Shown in pieces: positions 42,501 to 57,500 of a stretch of DNA of 64,000 nt. How positions within the stretch are numbered: the first letter of the stretch is position 1; every line of letters starts with the position of its first letter. Source of the DNA: Narcine bancroftii. Lineage: Eukaryota. The position numbers were made by a program, and so were the translations under genes. The stretch lies in NCBI RefSeq assembly GCF_036971445.1, contig NC_091476.1:148614001-148678000 (forward strand). Direction: 5' to 3'. The notes below the pieces were generated by a model. It did not search any database and was not told where the DNA came from. It saw only the letters and a program-made list of their open reading frames with translations.

Positions 42501-45500
42501 AGTAAGATGATTTAAGGTTTATATATTCAGGCAAGTATAGCAGTTTTGTCTTTTAAACGGATTATTCTTAATGCAGGTGTATTAGGTTTAGACATTGCAA
42601 GAGTGAGTTAAGCAACTGGAGAACTTGCTTATCCAGCATCTACTAATCTCTGTTGGTGCTAGATACCAGGGGTTTTACTGTATATGTATTGAAAGAAAAG
42701 ACAATCATGATCTAGAAAGAAACAAAGGGATGTACTGAAAGGGTTTGGATACCTGGATTTATTATCTCTTCGTCATCGCTGAACGACACCCTGTAGCTCT
42801 TTCTTTTACGCTTTGGCCTTTGTATTTCCAAATTTCCCTCTTCAATTGTCAGTGTTGATATTCTTTTGTTATGAGCAGTATTAAATTCTGTCAGATTCTA
42901 AGCAATTAAACAAATTTCAGACACAAATTATAACTTGAAAATGTATTCTTTAGTGTTACATAATAAATGACTGTACTGACAGAATCTTTAATGCAATCTC
43001 AAATAGATTTCAAAATATATTTCAGTCCTACTTTGAAATGTGAAAGACCGTTCAATAAAAGCTAATTATGGAGTGTAGTAGTCTAACAGACATACCAACA
43101 TTAACATAATTTTTAATAATACATTCAATAGAAATGGGTAGACAAAACTGTATTTGACCATTAAATGACATTTTACTTTAGTACAAAATGATCATTTAAG
43201 TAGGTCTTCATTATGTATATAGAGCAGCCATTCTCAACTTTTTTCACCCATTCTCTCCCCGCCCCCCCAACCCCCCAATCTCAGGACTGCTCAAAGTTTA
43301 TGGGCCCCCTTCCTGTGAACCAATCAAGTTTCGGTTTCTTCTGTACTTCTCTCCTACCAACTACATTTAAAAAAACTAAAAAAATGTTACACAAGATGTA
43401 GTGACTACTTTGCATTATAGTTGGTTGGAGGATAAAAGAATCTTATCCTAAATGACTCATTCACACAAATTCTTACTAAAGTTGAGTTTTCCAAAGTTTA
43501 TTAAATATTAAGCATTACTAACATTATTACAAGTTGCTAAACTTTATAATGTTGCTAGAAAATAGAAAATGTCAGAAGATTCTCTGTATCCTCCATTCCG
43601 CCGAACAAAAGAAACGAACTAAAAAAACCCTAATCTCCCAAGCAGAGAAAAAACTAGCTATGACCTTGAAGCAAAGATGTTGCTAAAAGTCAGCATAAAA
43701 ATGTTAAAACAAAACCGCAAACAGACAAGCGGTGAGCATGGAACACATTTTAACCCCTACACGAGGTGAAAAGAAAACCATGCTTTCACTTAAATGTGGT
43801 TTGGGCCCTAGAGGTTGACCAGCTGAGTTTCTCCAGCATTGTTTTTAATTCAACCATGGTGTCTACAGTATTTCAGGTTTTAGTTCACCCAGCGTACATC
43901 CCACTAAATAACTTTGCACCCAATTCATCAGCAATTCTTCATCGGTATTGAATTAGAGATTAACTAGTTGATTCTATTAATTAGGGAAGGAAATGTTTAA
44001 TTAAATCAGGACTCACGTCAAGTTCTGTTTCCTCTTCAGGCAAACCCAACAAACCCTTTAGTTCATCATCTTCCACAGCATTTTCATCACCCTTTATTGC
44101 AGAAGGCATTGTCTGTGGCTTTTCTCTTAATGTGTATGCTCGTGTTGAGGCACCAAATGACAGTGTGGAATCTATGGGAACTTGCTGTGGTTTGTGAGGC
44201 TCTAAACGAAGGCGACCCAAGTATGTACCGTGAGCTGCAACATGAATACATTTGCAAACCTTTTAATTTCTTGATGCAGAAATAAATTTGATTGGTTAAA
44301 TGCCAAATCAATTTAAAGTGAAACATTCTGAGGCCATTTTTAAGTAGTGAGTAAAAAAAGCACAAGGTAACAAACAATTCTTTCTATCAGGGATAGCAGC
44401 TAGTTTCAAAAAGGTAAAACCTTTTGAATGATTGAAATAATTTGCTTCCACTATTTATCCTTATTACTTTATTCCTAGACATTCAAGCTCATGAAGTGTC
44501 AGTAAATGAAGAAACCGAAGGCTGTGTAGTTAACGAGAAATCATGACTTTTATTAGTAGAAACTTAGTGACACAATAATGAATGATAATGGTCGCATACA
44601 CGGTTATACCCAAAGGGAGTGTCTTGAGTGAGAGAGAGCATACACATCCAATGTCAGGAGAGCAGACCAAGCACAGCGAAAGACTGACACCATGACACAG
44701 ATTCATCACAGCTCAATTCCCAAATAAATAAATAAAATATGAAAGAAAAAAAGTAGTAAAGGTATTAAAAGGAAAAATAACAATGATAACAGAACATTTT
44801 CTATAATTTGAGGACAGATATTGGATTACAAAAAAAAAATTGAACTGTTGTGTGCAGCAAGAGATAAATTAGTTCAGGTACTCAGGGACACCAGGAGAGG
44901 AACTAATAGTAAAATTATTGTACAGTGCTGAATGTTCCAACTTCAATGGGCCTCCCATCCACTGAATACATCTAAGTGTGTCACTGCCTCAAGAGGCAGC
45001 CAATATCATTAAGGACCTCCAACACCAGGGTCATAGACTCTTCTCGCTGCTACTTCAGGCAGAAGGAAAAGAAGCCAGAGATCCAGCAGCTTTAGGTTCA
45101 AGAACAATTTGTTTCACTTTAAAACACTCCTCCTTGGGAGTGTTCTAAAGTAAAGCCTTTCTGGTTAGAGGTTAACATTTTTTTGATGAAAATATTAAGG
45201 GTTAAACTCCCATAGGATCCGATGCTATTTTTGATGAGAAATATTACATTACGATTAACTATGCATCAAATTGAATTTTTTACGATTGGCTTGAGCTGTT
45301 TCTAGAAAGTGCATAGTAATTACTTGGAAATCAGATATGGATTTAGGGATGGAGAGGTGACATGCTGAATTGCATTCTTGTATTCCACTTGAGAAAATAA
45401 TAATTTATGTAATAAACAATTTTTTACTTGAAAATAATGGAGCCCATATTTATAGCACGTTGGCTTGAAGGTGTAAGGGACTCTTGGAAGGCCCATCCTG

Positions 45501-48500
45501 TGGGTAACCCTCAACTCCATTGCTGTTTGTATTGACAATAATAATTCTTTTTGGCATTTTCCTAGTTTCTTTTTCCTTTATTTTCTTTCTATATTTAGCC
45601 TAGGGTTAGTGGGTGGGACAGGTGGGATATAGGTTCTTGAACCTCATCCTGTTACACTATTCACTGACTGAGCCATCAGAAAAGGATGGTCTGCAATATG
45701 GTCACTTTTTTTTGCAGAGGGATAATTGTGAATAGATTTTTTTTGTATTCATTGTCTCTTTTTAATTAAGTACTCTATCTTTTTTTTGTAGTTTCTCCCC
45801 CCCAGAAAATACCTATTGAGCTGTAGCAAGCAAGAATTTTGGTTCCTATGTACAGTGTACAATGTATGCCAATTAACTCAATTATCATTATGCCTTTAAA
45901 CAAGTGGAGTATTTAGTCCAGGCAAAACGCATTCATAGGATAATTTCCGAACATCTTTTGTGAAGACTAGGTGAAAATCCTAGTCAAAAAGTATAACTTC
46001 AGGGTTTCAGAATGTGACTGAAAGTTTTCAAAATGATATTCTATGTGATAGAACTAAGCAATAAAGTCACAGCTCAATATCTGTACACATTCAGAAAAAT
46101 GCATTGATAATTAATTTAATTTTTTTCTCAAAAGATGTATTTTTATAGTAAATGCAATGTTCTGCACAAATTAAAATATTTCAAAGAATTTGACAAGATT
46201 TTAAACTAGAAACTAATGGCTAAATAGAATTGTGCAATGGGGAATTGCATGCAAGATGAAGACTAGGCTCAAACAGAAAAAAGGGTTGTCATTCAATCGA
46301 GCAGGCCAACACCTCAAGTATTTTCAAAGATTAATTCCAGTACTGAGTATGGATGGCTGCTATTAAGAATATGGAAAGGAAAGTTTACTTTCACTAGTTC
46401 ACATTGTGAAGAAACATTACATTTACAGAAGAAAGTCCAAAAATACAGATGCCATAAATCCAGACTACCTAAGTGTCTGGGCTCTCAAACTTTTTAAATT
46501 TAACGGGCTTTTTTGTGTGCATGCATGTGTAAGCGTCACAGATACCTAGCAGCAACAAGCAACCACTCTTAATACAAGCAAACTTATCACAAAGAAATTC
46601 ATTTGTATATTGTATTTTTCTTTTACAATGTTCATTTTTAATAATATCAAGCATTACACACTTTTTTTGTAGTAAAAAATGTTTATATTTTTGTCAAGTG
46701 TTGACTTTATTTTTCTTTAAAACTTCTCATTTTGATAAATGAAGCGTGTTGTATTTTCTAATGAATAAACTATCAAAATTTACCTCTTCATCTTTTTTAT
46801 TCCTCTTTAAATTTGAATTTTAAAAGTACTGTCCGAGAATCCAGACCGACCCAATCCCCGAGCAGTCTGGATTTTAGGACTTCTACTGCATATGTTTATG
46901 TAACATTTATTCTTATCCAAAAATTTCACTGCTTTTAAGGACAGGGAAGTCTATTTGTGCTCAATTTGAAGCTGCAAAGTTTATGAAATTCCTTTATATC
47001 CTTTAGGCTTTGGGGAGACACAACAGAACAACTTAATGGAATACCATGTGGAGGAGAAAATAGATGGTAGAAATATTTTCAAAACAGTAAACAAAATATG
47101 AATCAGAGTAATTATTACATGGATTCTCCAGCATTCATGCATAAATATTTGTTCCATATGAATCCAAGTTCAAGATTATTACTACTAAACCATATCTTGA
47201 TAACAATGTCTTGCTGGAGACAGATCTCAGATGTGAAAAAGATCACTTGGCAATTTTGAAACTTAAATAATACACAGCACCAAGGGAGGCTACATCATCA
47301 ATAGGTCATTTCAGATAGTGTTACGAGCCCAGAGGACCCCAAAACCCAGCAGCAATAGATATTCACCAAGACAAATGGTTACTTAAACAAATGTTGATTT
47401 TAATTATCTTTAAACATGAAAACAGAATTACACTTCATCACTAGTAACTTACTTTACTAACTTAACCCCCTTTTAATTCTGAGTGCATGTGTATGTAATG
47501 TGTGTAAGTTTTTTGGTTCACAGTCCAATCTCACTTCTCATTCCTCCAAGTTCACTGGTTGCATGCAATTCTTATGCTGTGCACAGAATTTAACATTTAG
47601 AAAGTTCACCAGGCTTTGGTGCTCGAAAGGTAAATGGTTACTGCTCAGGAAGGTTCTTGTTGGTTTTCAGAGAGATTTGTTGTTCCAGGACATTCACAAC
47701 TGATGTACTTTCTTCAGTCACCTCAGTGTCTTGCTGACGAAACTTGCCCCATCAGGGTTCTCCAGAAGATAACCTTTTTCTTTAAGGACACCACAGAGTT
47801 CCTTTTTTGTTTATTTTATTCCAAGTGAAACATTAGACAGCCAGTCCTCTCCTCTTGCATGAACCACAAGGGCTTCGACCAGACTGTCTTCCAAAAGCTT
47901 GCCAACTTGTCTTGTTTCAGTTCCAGCAACTTCTGCTGGCTGACACTGTCAAGTGATCTCTCTCTCTCACACACACTGAGACGGGAAGAAAACCTGTTTG
48001 ACTCTCTCTCTCTGCTTACAAAACCACATGACCCTCTTACAACAGCAAATTCTCCCTTCAGACAGCAGCGGCTCCAGCCTGCTCTTTCATCTGTTGCCTT
48101 GATAAACAATAATCCATTAGTGACGTCTCTTGAGCACTCTTCAAAGCTCTTGCAAAAAGATGTGAGAAACCACTGTCTCCAGTATTTCAAATAAGATCTG
48201 TTTTAAAGTGTTTGCATGTGACCTATTCTAACAAACCTTTCCCAATTTATCTCCCCAAAACATTTCTATGTACTCTGTCACAATAGCCCAAAAGTTGAGA
48301 TATAAAGGCAGAGAAACTCCACCAAAACGCATAATCACCTACCTTTCTGAACGTGCAGAGGCGGTCTCTGAGCCGCATATTCCAACCCCTCTCTGAGACG
48401 GATAATCTCCGCAGCGCAGTCCTGTGCCAATCAATCTGAATGCACAGCTGCGCTAAGTGGCTGTTTAGGGGTGGGCTGATGGGCAGTGGCGGGCCAGCTG

Positions 48501-51500
48501 GTGCGGGCTAGGACAGATACACCGGGCCGCTTCGGACCTCGGGGCCGCTCTCTGTGGCTCGAAACTTGGCAGAGCAATGGCCGACTTCCTTACCCATCAC
48601 CCCTCAGGCAGCTGAAACCGTCCAGGGAACCAGAGAGTGGTTTTTAGCTGCCTGGGGGATGATGGGTAGGGAAGATGGCCATTGCTCTGCTACATATTTA
48701 TGACAGATGGCGCTATGGGACCAGTCACCCCACCTCTGTTGGATCCAGAGGGCGCTATGAGATGCCTCTGGATATGAATGGGATGCTGGAGCAGCTTTTT
48801 AGGGTTGCTGTCTGGAAAGCAAGTTCCCATTCCTCCATCCTTGGCCGATCTCAAGGCATGAAATGGCCTTATAATTCTTACGTAGATTTTGAGGGACTCA
48901 TTTCAATTACTATTATGTCTCTGCTTCTTCCCCATGACCCTGTAAATAATGAGGTCTTATGATTTCAGAATCCCTTGGTTAATTACTTATCATACAAGTG
49001 TGTTGAGCTATAATGCCATTGTGCTAGTATTGAGAGAGATTCAGATCAAATGATCCAATTTTATGCACAGAGCTTCAATTACAGATGTGAACGAATTGCA
49101 CAAGATAACTGGGGACAAATCATTATACTGACTTTTCAAATATCAACAAATACTAGCACAGAAGAATAATAGATTTTCCTAATTTTTTTAAAGAAAGGTA
49201 AATAATCTAAAATGTACATAACTCAAATGTATCTTTTAATATAGCCTCTAAATTGTGAAGTCTAGAGTTCCTTAAGAGGTGACCACTGCAAATTGTCTCC
49301 ATAAAATATCTGCCAAATATAACACTTACTGCTATTCAGATCTATGATGAAAACTCTCTTCAAATGTTTGTGATAAACTAGTGCAGCGTGGATTCTTGAA
49401 CATGACTGGTGGTCAATAGTAAAATCACATAGATCAGGATTCCTTCCAAAGAGGTAGTATTTTTTCTCATCGATTATGAGTTTCTGCAGGAAAATGTAAA
49501 AATTTGTTATAATTGACGGTTTTCTAGAACTCACCCAGCCCTGCTCACAAAAACAAGATTATAGTAAGAAATGGTAAAATTAGTACATGGTTTGTCCCAG
49601 TTCCTAAGAAGACTGCGATAAGAAGTTATAAGCCGAGTAGGCTGTGCTAGAATTGACTCACACCTTGAGGATGTAGGTAGTAACCAAAATACTATAGCAG
49701 TGATAAGCAAGGTTGAAGACATGACCTTGATTAACGAATCCCAAGAGAATTTTAAGAAATATGTACTTGTATGGAGAACTCGGTTTGAATATTCTGGAAA
49801 ATTGGAGGTTCTGTCTGTATAAATATGCAACCCGTGAGCCACAAGGCAGACTCTCTTGGGGTGAGACTAGCTACTTGTGGCAGTGCTACTTACTGTATCG
49901 GAGTTCTCACGAATGGCAAAATTATTAAAAGAAATTGTTTTTGCACCTGCATTCGTGTTGGTTTTCAAGTTCACTTTAACAACTTCAGATTCACCTCTCT
50001 TGGGATCCTGACAATGTTAGTTACTTAGAGCTGCATATCCTGTCTCAGAGCTGGGACATCGATAGCCAGGAAAGTATCTGGTGCATTGTCATTTTTAATA
50101 CAGATCCAGGCAAGTATAAAAACATTCCCTGAAACAGATGAAACTTGGCAAATTACTTTATAACAACTTTCAGAGGAAGTGGCAATGTGCAACGGGCTAC
50201 AAAGCAGCAACTAGGCCATAGATGGAGGAAACTTAGATCCTGCCCACAGAACTCAATCAGAAGGCTTTCCCCAAGACATTTAGAAACACTTGGAAAAAAT
50301 ATTTTTTTTTAAATTACAAAATGCACATTCATGTAAATCAGAAAAACAAATATTAATCAAGCTAAAATGTAAAAGATACTCAGATGTTTAGTTACTGTCA
50401 ACAATCTGAATGATGATTGGTGTAAAGCTGACAGGCCAGATGGAAAATGCACCTAGTCTTTCAGCTCAGAAGATTACTGAGTCACCAATGAATTGCCAAG
50501 TCTAAAACTGGTGCAAAATGTCAAATGCTCCATCTCACCACCCAGGGTTCTGTACTTACATGCTGCATTGTGCAAGTGTGCACATTCAAAACATGCTGAC
50601 ATGAGCACAGGAGCTAGTCAGTACTGTAATTCTCTATGAAATCGCCTGGTCCTCAGCATTTTATGAAAAGGCTTTCACTTTAATCCTTGGAACATCACTG
50701 TTAGTGTAGTGGTTAGCACATTGCGGTTACAGTGCCAGCGATCAAATCCTGTGCTGTGTGTAAGGAGTTTGTACATTCTCCCCTGTCTTTGTGGATGCTT
50801 CCCAGCAGCTCTGGTTTCCTCCCACCATTCAGAACATAGCAAGGGTAGATTTAAATGCAAACATATTTCTAGTTTCAGTTATATGATATTGGTATGGGAT
50901 TTACTGGGAAAATAACAATTTTTTTTCCCTTCAAAAGCTTTTGAAAATTAGAGGGTCACAAAAAAAATACTCTACAATTTGTGACCCAGAAGGGATAGGC
51001 CAAGAACTGAGAATGATCATGAATTGAGTGCTGCAAACTTCATGAAAACAAATCTCACCAATTCGCTGATCAAGAAATTGGTGATTTTAATGCATGAATG
51101 GAAATCCAGAGTCAAATGTTCTATTTAATTTTTTTCATACATGTATCTCTTTCCCCCCCCACCCCCCGACCAAATCAAATTTATCCTTCTAATCCCCTTT
51201 GTGAACCAAATCACTCAAATACACTACTTTTCCACTATTTACTTTTTTTCCCCTTTATCCTTAAACTTCATGAAGGGAACTAAGCCATTGTTTCTGATAT
51301 TTATCAAAGTCTTTGTTGACTATTTACCTTTTTATATTTTCAGCAATATGTTGAATAAAAATGTTGAACATTTCCAAAACAAAAACAACATAGGGTTATT
51401 CCTGAATGTTCCATGCCAGTAAATTCTCAACAAGGTAAAATAAGAAACTACAGATTTCTAATAAATGTGCCTCTGAGTTATAACTCATGGTATTTCTTTG

Positions 51501-54500
51501 TACGCTGAGCTAATATTCTCCAGGCATAATTTGATTTAGCACCACTTGGACCCAACAATCACGGATTGTCTCAGAGCTGGGACATCGATAGCCAGGAAAG
51601 TATCTGGTGCATTGTCATTTTTAATACAGATCCAGGCAAGTATAAAAACATTCCCTGAAACAGATGAAACTTGGCAAATTACTTTATAACAATTTTCAGA
51701 GGAAGTGAAGTATCTTCTTTAAATAGAGATCCCCGATATCTCAGGAACCATTAAAAAAAAAGACGCAAAGATATAAACAGATATTAGTAGAGCTAATCTA
51801 TGACAAAGGTATTTTCAAGGTCGTAATTAAAGGACATTTTGGAAGTAGAAATATCTACAGGACATTTTACCAGGGGGGAGGGGGGGAATGACTTCAGAGT
51901 GTGGAATCCAGATGACTGAAGGCGTGGCCACTTATTGATGAAAGGGAGAAAGCATGACAAAATGTTAAAGGTAATGGAGAGTATGTGGGAATTTACAAAG
52001 TCACAAGCAAGATTTTAAATTTCCCGTATAATGGAACTGCAATTGTCAGACATAGCGATTTAATCAATATTTTTTACCCAACCAGATCCACATCCAAGTT
52101 TTTAACAAATATTCTACATTAAAGCAGAGCATCACGATGACAGTATAAACTAGGCACAACCAGAACAATTTAAACATTTCTGACACAACATTAACCAGAC
52201 ATCATCAATCAGCAATCACTGCTGTAGCATTTGTGCTTGAAATTTTGAAAAAAAGGAAACAACAAGAAATTAAACAATTGTTCACCTCAACAAGCTTGTC
52301 ACCTTTCACAACATCCAAATGAAGTCCTGGAGGAGGTTTTCCTCCCCTGAAATTTAAAACAAGATGTTAGGTTACAACACATTTTATCCAAGTCTATAAC
52401 ATTTTCAAATACATAAACAACTCAAATGCAGCAGTTCCTGCATCCTCTATAGCACTGATCACAATTTATTCTATTTAAAACCTCCATTTGTAAACCACCT
52501 TTCACAACCACGTGAAATCGCAAATTGTTAAACAGTCAATTGTCTGTTAAATATGTTCCATTGTTATTGACCATTTTCCAGGACTGAGTTTCATATTTAA
52601 GATTCCTTTATTGAAATATCTTTTGCTTCTCTTTCTTTGGCTGCAATGGGCACTAGGCAATTTCTGCTGATAGTAATCTGTCTACCTTGCGGTAGACTAA
52701 AGAAATTTTTGTGTAATATCATGTATTATTACATGACAATAAAATAATATTGAATCTTGAATAGTACAGAACATGTAATATTACATGAAATTGCTTTCTA
52801 CCTGGTGTAAAGCGAAGAATTGCCATTAGTGTGCATGGCACCCCTTACAGCAAGAAGGAAAAGAAAAGCAAAGGAAAAGAAAAGCAAAGGAAAGTCCCTT
52901 CAGAGTTGCTGAGCATCCATGGATTTGCCTCCTGCAGCAACAGGTTGTGATAGAGTTATTTAAAATCATGAAGGGAATAGATAGACTAGACACAAATAGA
53001 CTCTTTCCACTGAGGGCAGGGGAGGTTGAAACAAGAGGGCATGAGTTAAGGGTAAGGGGGCAAAGCTTTAGGAGAAATGTTAGAGGATGCTTCTTCACTC
53101 AGAGAGCGGTGGCAAAACGGAAAGATCTTCCAGAAGAGATAGTTGCGGCAGGGTCCTTTCTGTCATTCAAGGGAAGGTTGGATGTGTACGTGGATATGAG
53201 GGGGTTGGAGGGATATGGGCGGAGTGTGGGAGGGGGAAACTAGTGGAGTGGTTCATGCAAACCGGCACAGACTCGAAGGGCCGATATGGCCTGTTTCCGT
53301 GCTGTAAACTGTCATATGCTATTAGATCAAGCTCTACGACACAAATGTCTAGTCAGTCATCTAGCCCTTCAGCCCAACTTATCCATGCCAACCAAGCAGC
53401 CATTTTGGGCTGGTCCCATTTGCTTGTATTTGGTCCATATGCTTCTAAACCTTTCTCATCCATAAATCTGCCCAAAATAATTTTTAGATTCCAAATACAG
53501 ATTACCCCCAAGTGAAAAAGTTGGCCCTCCGATGCCTCTTAAATTTCTCTCCTCTCGCCTTAAATCATTTCATCTTGTTTTAGAATCACCTCCCCTGGGA
53601 AAAAGACTAAACATTCATTTTATCATTCTCCCATGATTTTATACGTTTCTATAAAGGTCATCCCTCAGCCTCTTTACACTCTAGGGAAGATCCAACCCAT
53701 TCAACTGTTCACTAGAACTCAAGCCCTTCAGTCCTGACAACATCTGGTGAATCTCCTTTGCAACCTTTCCAACTCAGGATTCAGGACCGTGCTGATTGTG
53801 TCGGAGATTTGGATAGAAACCTCACGTTGCCAACGAATCAAACAGGAGTCTGTGCGGCCTCAGGCTGCAGGAGCTTCTTCTCTCTTACTGGGCAATGTTA
53901 ATAGCGACTCTATCTGCCTTATGGCAGGCAGAAGCCAATTTCATATAATATTACATGTTCTATACTAGTACATAACAATAGAGATTTTCAAACTTGAATT
54001 TATTGATATTCTTCCCCAAGGATTCAATACCCCATTCTGTAAAATTAATTAAAAAAAAAAACACTCTGCCCATCAGAGTCCCTTTCTGGAAACTATGTAC
54101 CGTCTTCGATCTCTGCTCTATAACATTCTCCAGGGTTTTATCATTTACGATGCCCCAATGCTTATCAGACTTTTGAGGCAAGGACTCCACTCTGAGCTCC
54201 ACTGGGACAAGTGATTTCCAAAAGATCAAAGATGTCCCTGGCCCTAGAACAGAAAGTTATTCTCTCCAGCAGGGACACATGCAGGACAAATCCAAGCAGT
54301 GTCAGAATCCAGCAACTCACTCAACTGCCAAGTTTCCACATTCTCTCCCACAGATGGTCTGTGGCCCTCAAAAGGGCTTAATCACTTTAAAATGTACTGA
54401 AATGAGGGCACATTTTGAGGGAGATCTGAACAAGAAAGAGTAGGACTAGTAGCATCTGACTCAAAGTCAAGTTTCTTATTCAACACAATCTCTCTTATAA

Positions 54501-57500
54501 TGCAAAACTATTAGTTTTTGGCTTTACCTCCAAGTTAAAATGAGTATTTACATTGCAACAGCTACAAATTCAATCACATTTAAAATATTCATTAGTTTTT
54601 CACATCTGTTCATTTTTAAAATTCTCTGGCCGATGCAATCCATGAAAGTCTTGATATCAGAAAATCATTAGATTAAATAGGGTTATAAATGTAACCTTGA
54701 TGTGCCAACTCATCACTTCAATCAATCTTTGTTCAAATTAATATTATTTCCATTCAGTGAGCTTTAAGATTGTTTCAAACTCAAAGCAATTCCATGTTAT
54801 GAACTTGTTCCATTCAAATGACATTTAATCAAGAATTAAAAATATAGCCTGATGACTAATTTTAAATTACATTTTAATCACACACTGAATGCAGATGTCA
54901 ATGTTCTTGAAGTCAGAGTCTTGATTCAGAAAGCTTTTAACCCTGGACATTTATTTTGAAGAGGATAGTTTGGGATGTGGATGGAGAAGCTGGGATTCGC
55001 AATGGATAGGATCTGGAAGCATAATCTGGGTTTAGATTGATTTGTGTCAGGGAAGATTAAAATACAATTGCAGGAAGACAACAGTAATTACAGGAGAGAC
55101 AAAGAAAATAGCTTCAATATTTAACTGGCAAAATTTGCATCTCATCTTAGATTGGGTATGCATCTCGTGACATGCAGGTCTTTAGAAAAGTATTGTTGCT
55201 TTGCACTTTCACACTAATACTAACCCTGTGTTTCTGAAAGATGTGGCTGAGAGGCAGCACGAAGAGGGTGGGAGCGAGCTGCTGAAAAGATTTTCAGAAC
55301 ATTTTCAAGTTGTGGGGCAGGAGAAACCATTGCAAAAAATATTTCACCATCAATGCAATGAATCATGGCTGCTCTAAGCTGGATAACAGCTACTGCAAGT
55401 TATTGGATAGCTTAGTCTTTTCAACATTTTTTGAGAGACTAAATAAAACTCCATTAACACTGGACAATTTTTTCACTCCCCACCCCCCCCAAAAGGATTG
55501 CTTCCTGATATAAAATTGCCAATTATGACAGACAACTTCAAGCTGAACACAAATACAATTTCAGTATCACGTAGCAAGTTGAACATTAAGTCAACTTTAT
55601 TGAATTTAACATGTTTAATTGCGCAATGATATTGAGCCAAGCTCTCAGGTTGACTTCATATGTTGCAGAAATGTGAGGGTTTGTCTTGGTCACCAATTTT
55701 ACAGCCGAAGTAGAGCTAATAGGCTTTTTTAATTAGTGCAGTCATGGCTTTAGCGTAGACTTACCACAAAATGTAACAGAATATACATAGCTGTTGTGAC
55801 ATTGACGAGAAATTTCTGCTCTACTGAATATTCCTGAAGACAATAAATGCTATTGTTCAGTACAGTACAACTCCGATTATCCGAAATGGTCAGACCCGGA
55901 CCTATTTCGGTTGATTGGATTTTTCCGATAACTGGTCATTTTTTAAAAGCAGCCTAGTAGCAACAGCAAATCACTAGTATCAAGGTTTAAACAACAACAA
56001 ACAACAAGGCAAGGGTGTTAAGCATTAAAATGTTTAATTCTCACCAAAAAAATTGCAGGCCGCCGCCAACCCCTGACATGTCCCCAACGACGCTGCTGAT
56101 CACTGAGACCTTATAACTACTGCTGCCGATCCCTGGGGAGGCTTCCCGGGCCAGTGGAACACTCACTGGTAAATAAGTGGGCTCCTGTCTCCCCATGAGC
56201 TCATTCCAGCAGGGACTATTCTGGCTTCGTGTTTCGGGTTCTTGACGCTGGAGCCCGACACAGACCCAGTCTTCGTCTGTGCATACTCCCCACCGAGGTC
56301 CCACTCCTACCTGGGAGCCAGAGGTCCCTGCTCCTGCCCAGCAGCCTGAGGTCCCCGCTCTCCTCGATGATGCCGGGACATGGGATTCTTCTGACCGCTT
56401 GCGGTTGAGAGACAGTGGCATGCAGTTTAAGAGGGAGAGTTGGAGAGAAAAGAGAAATGGAAAGAGAGAAGGGAAGGAGTTACCTGAAACGAGGACAATC
56501 GTCATTCTAATTTCATGTTGGGTGAATTTTTTTTCCCCAACCTGTGAAGTCAGTTTGGTTCCAAAGAAATTTTGGACAACTGAGGATTTCCAATTATTCT
56601 GAATATCCTCATTTACCCGAAAATTTTCGAAGGCAAACAGACATCACTTCCGGGTCCAAATTATTTTCAGATAAATGAGAATTTTGGATAATCTAATTTT
56701 GGATAACTGGAGCTGTACTGTACACTCAGTGTGCTATTACCTGAAGAACATGTCTGTCAACATGCATTCAATCTATATCAATGTTATGTACAGCGTCTAT
56801 GTATGTGAGCTTCTTTTATATCCTGTCTGCATCTATCCAGACTAAGCATGCCCAAGCCTAAAACAACACTTGCATAGCACCTGCGCTGAGTTCATGGCCA
56901 GGCCTGCTTGGACTGACCAAAACAACTTGCTTTTGTAGCAAGTAGCCTTAAAATATAACAGGAAATCACAAGATAGTTTACAACTAAAAAATGATTCACA
57001 ATATGAAAATTTTAAGGTGATTTTCATGATCAAGAGCCCAAAATCCATGAAATTCACCCAAAAGTGCTCAGGAAGAAAAATTCCTGTCGTCTCCAACAAA
57101 CCTTTTGCTTTTGCATCTGGATGAAAGGTGATTCTTTTTCATTCTGCTGAAATATACTGGGATTACAGTTGGTGTTTTTCTCTGAAACTCATTGGGGTTA
57201 TGGTTCCCATGCACCATTTGGGATTGAAAAATGGCTGTGACCACAAATGATTATGATAATAATTTATTGTCATATGCACTGAAATTCTTACTTGATGCAG
57301 ATGAGGAGGTAAAAAAAATACTATAACGGTAAGCTTAATTGAACTGAAAAAGACAATGCACAAGATAATCAATATTCACAGTAACCCTAGCGCAATAAAA
57401 ATGACACAACAGAGCCCGTGTTATCAGAGCAGGCCTTGATTGGCGTACAAGGGGAGGTTCAAGAGTGTGACAGTGGATATAAAAACTGTTTTGAACCTAA

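Noticed and set aside
56041-56602. 154-aa and 107-aa ORFs
   Set aside because: They lie inside a TA-flanked non-autonomous transposon and have no transposase motifs.
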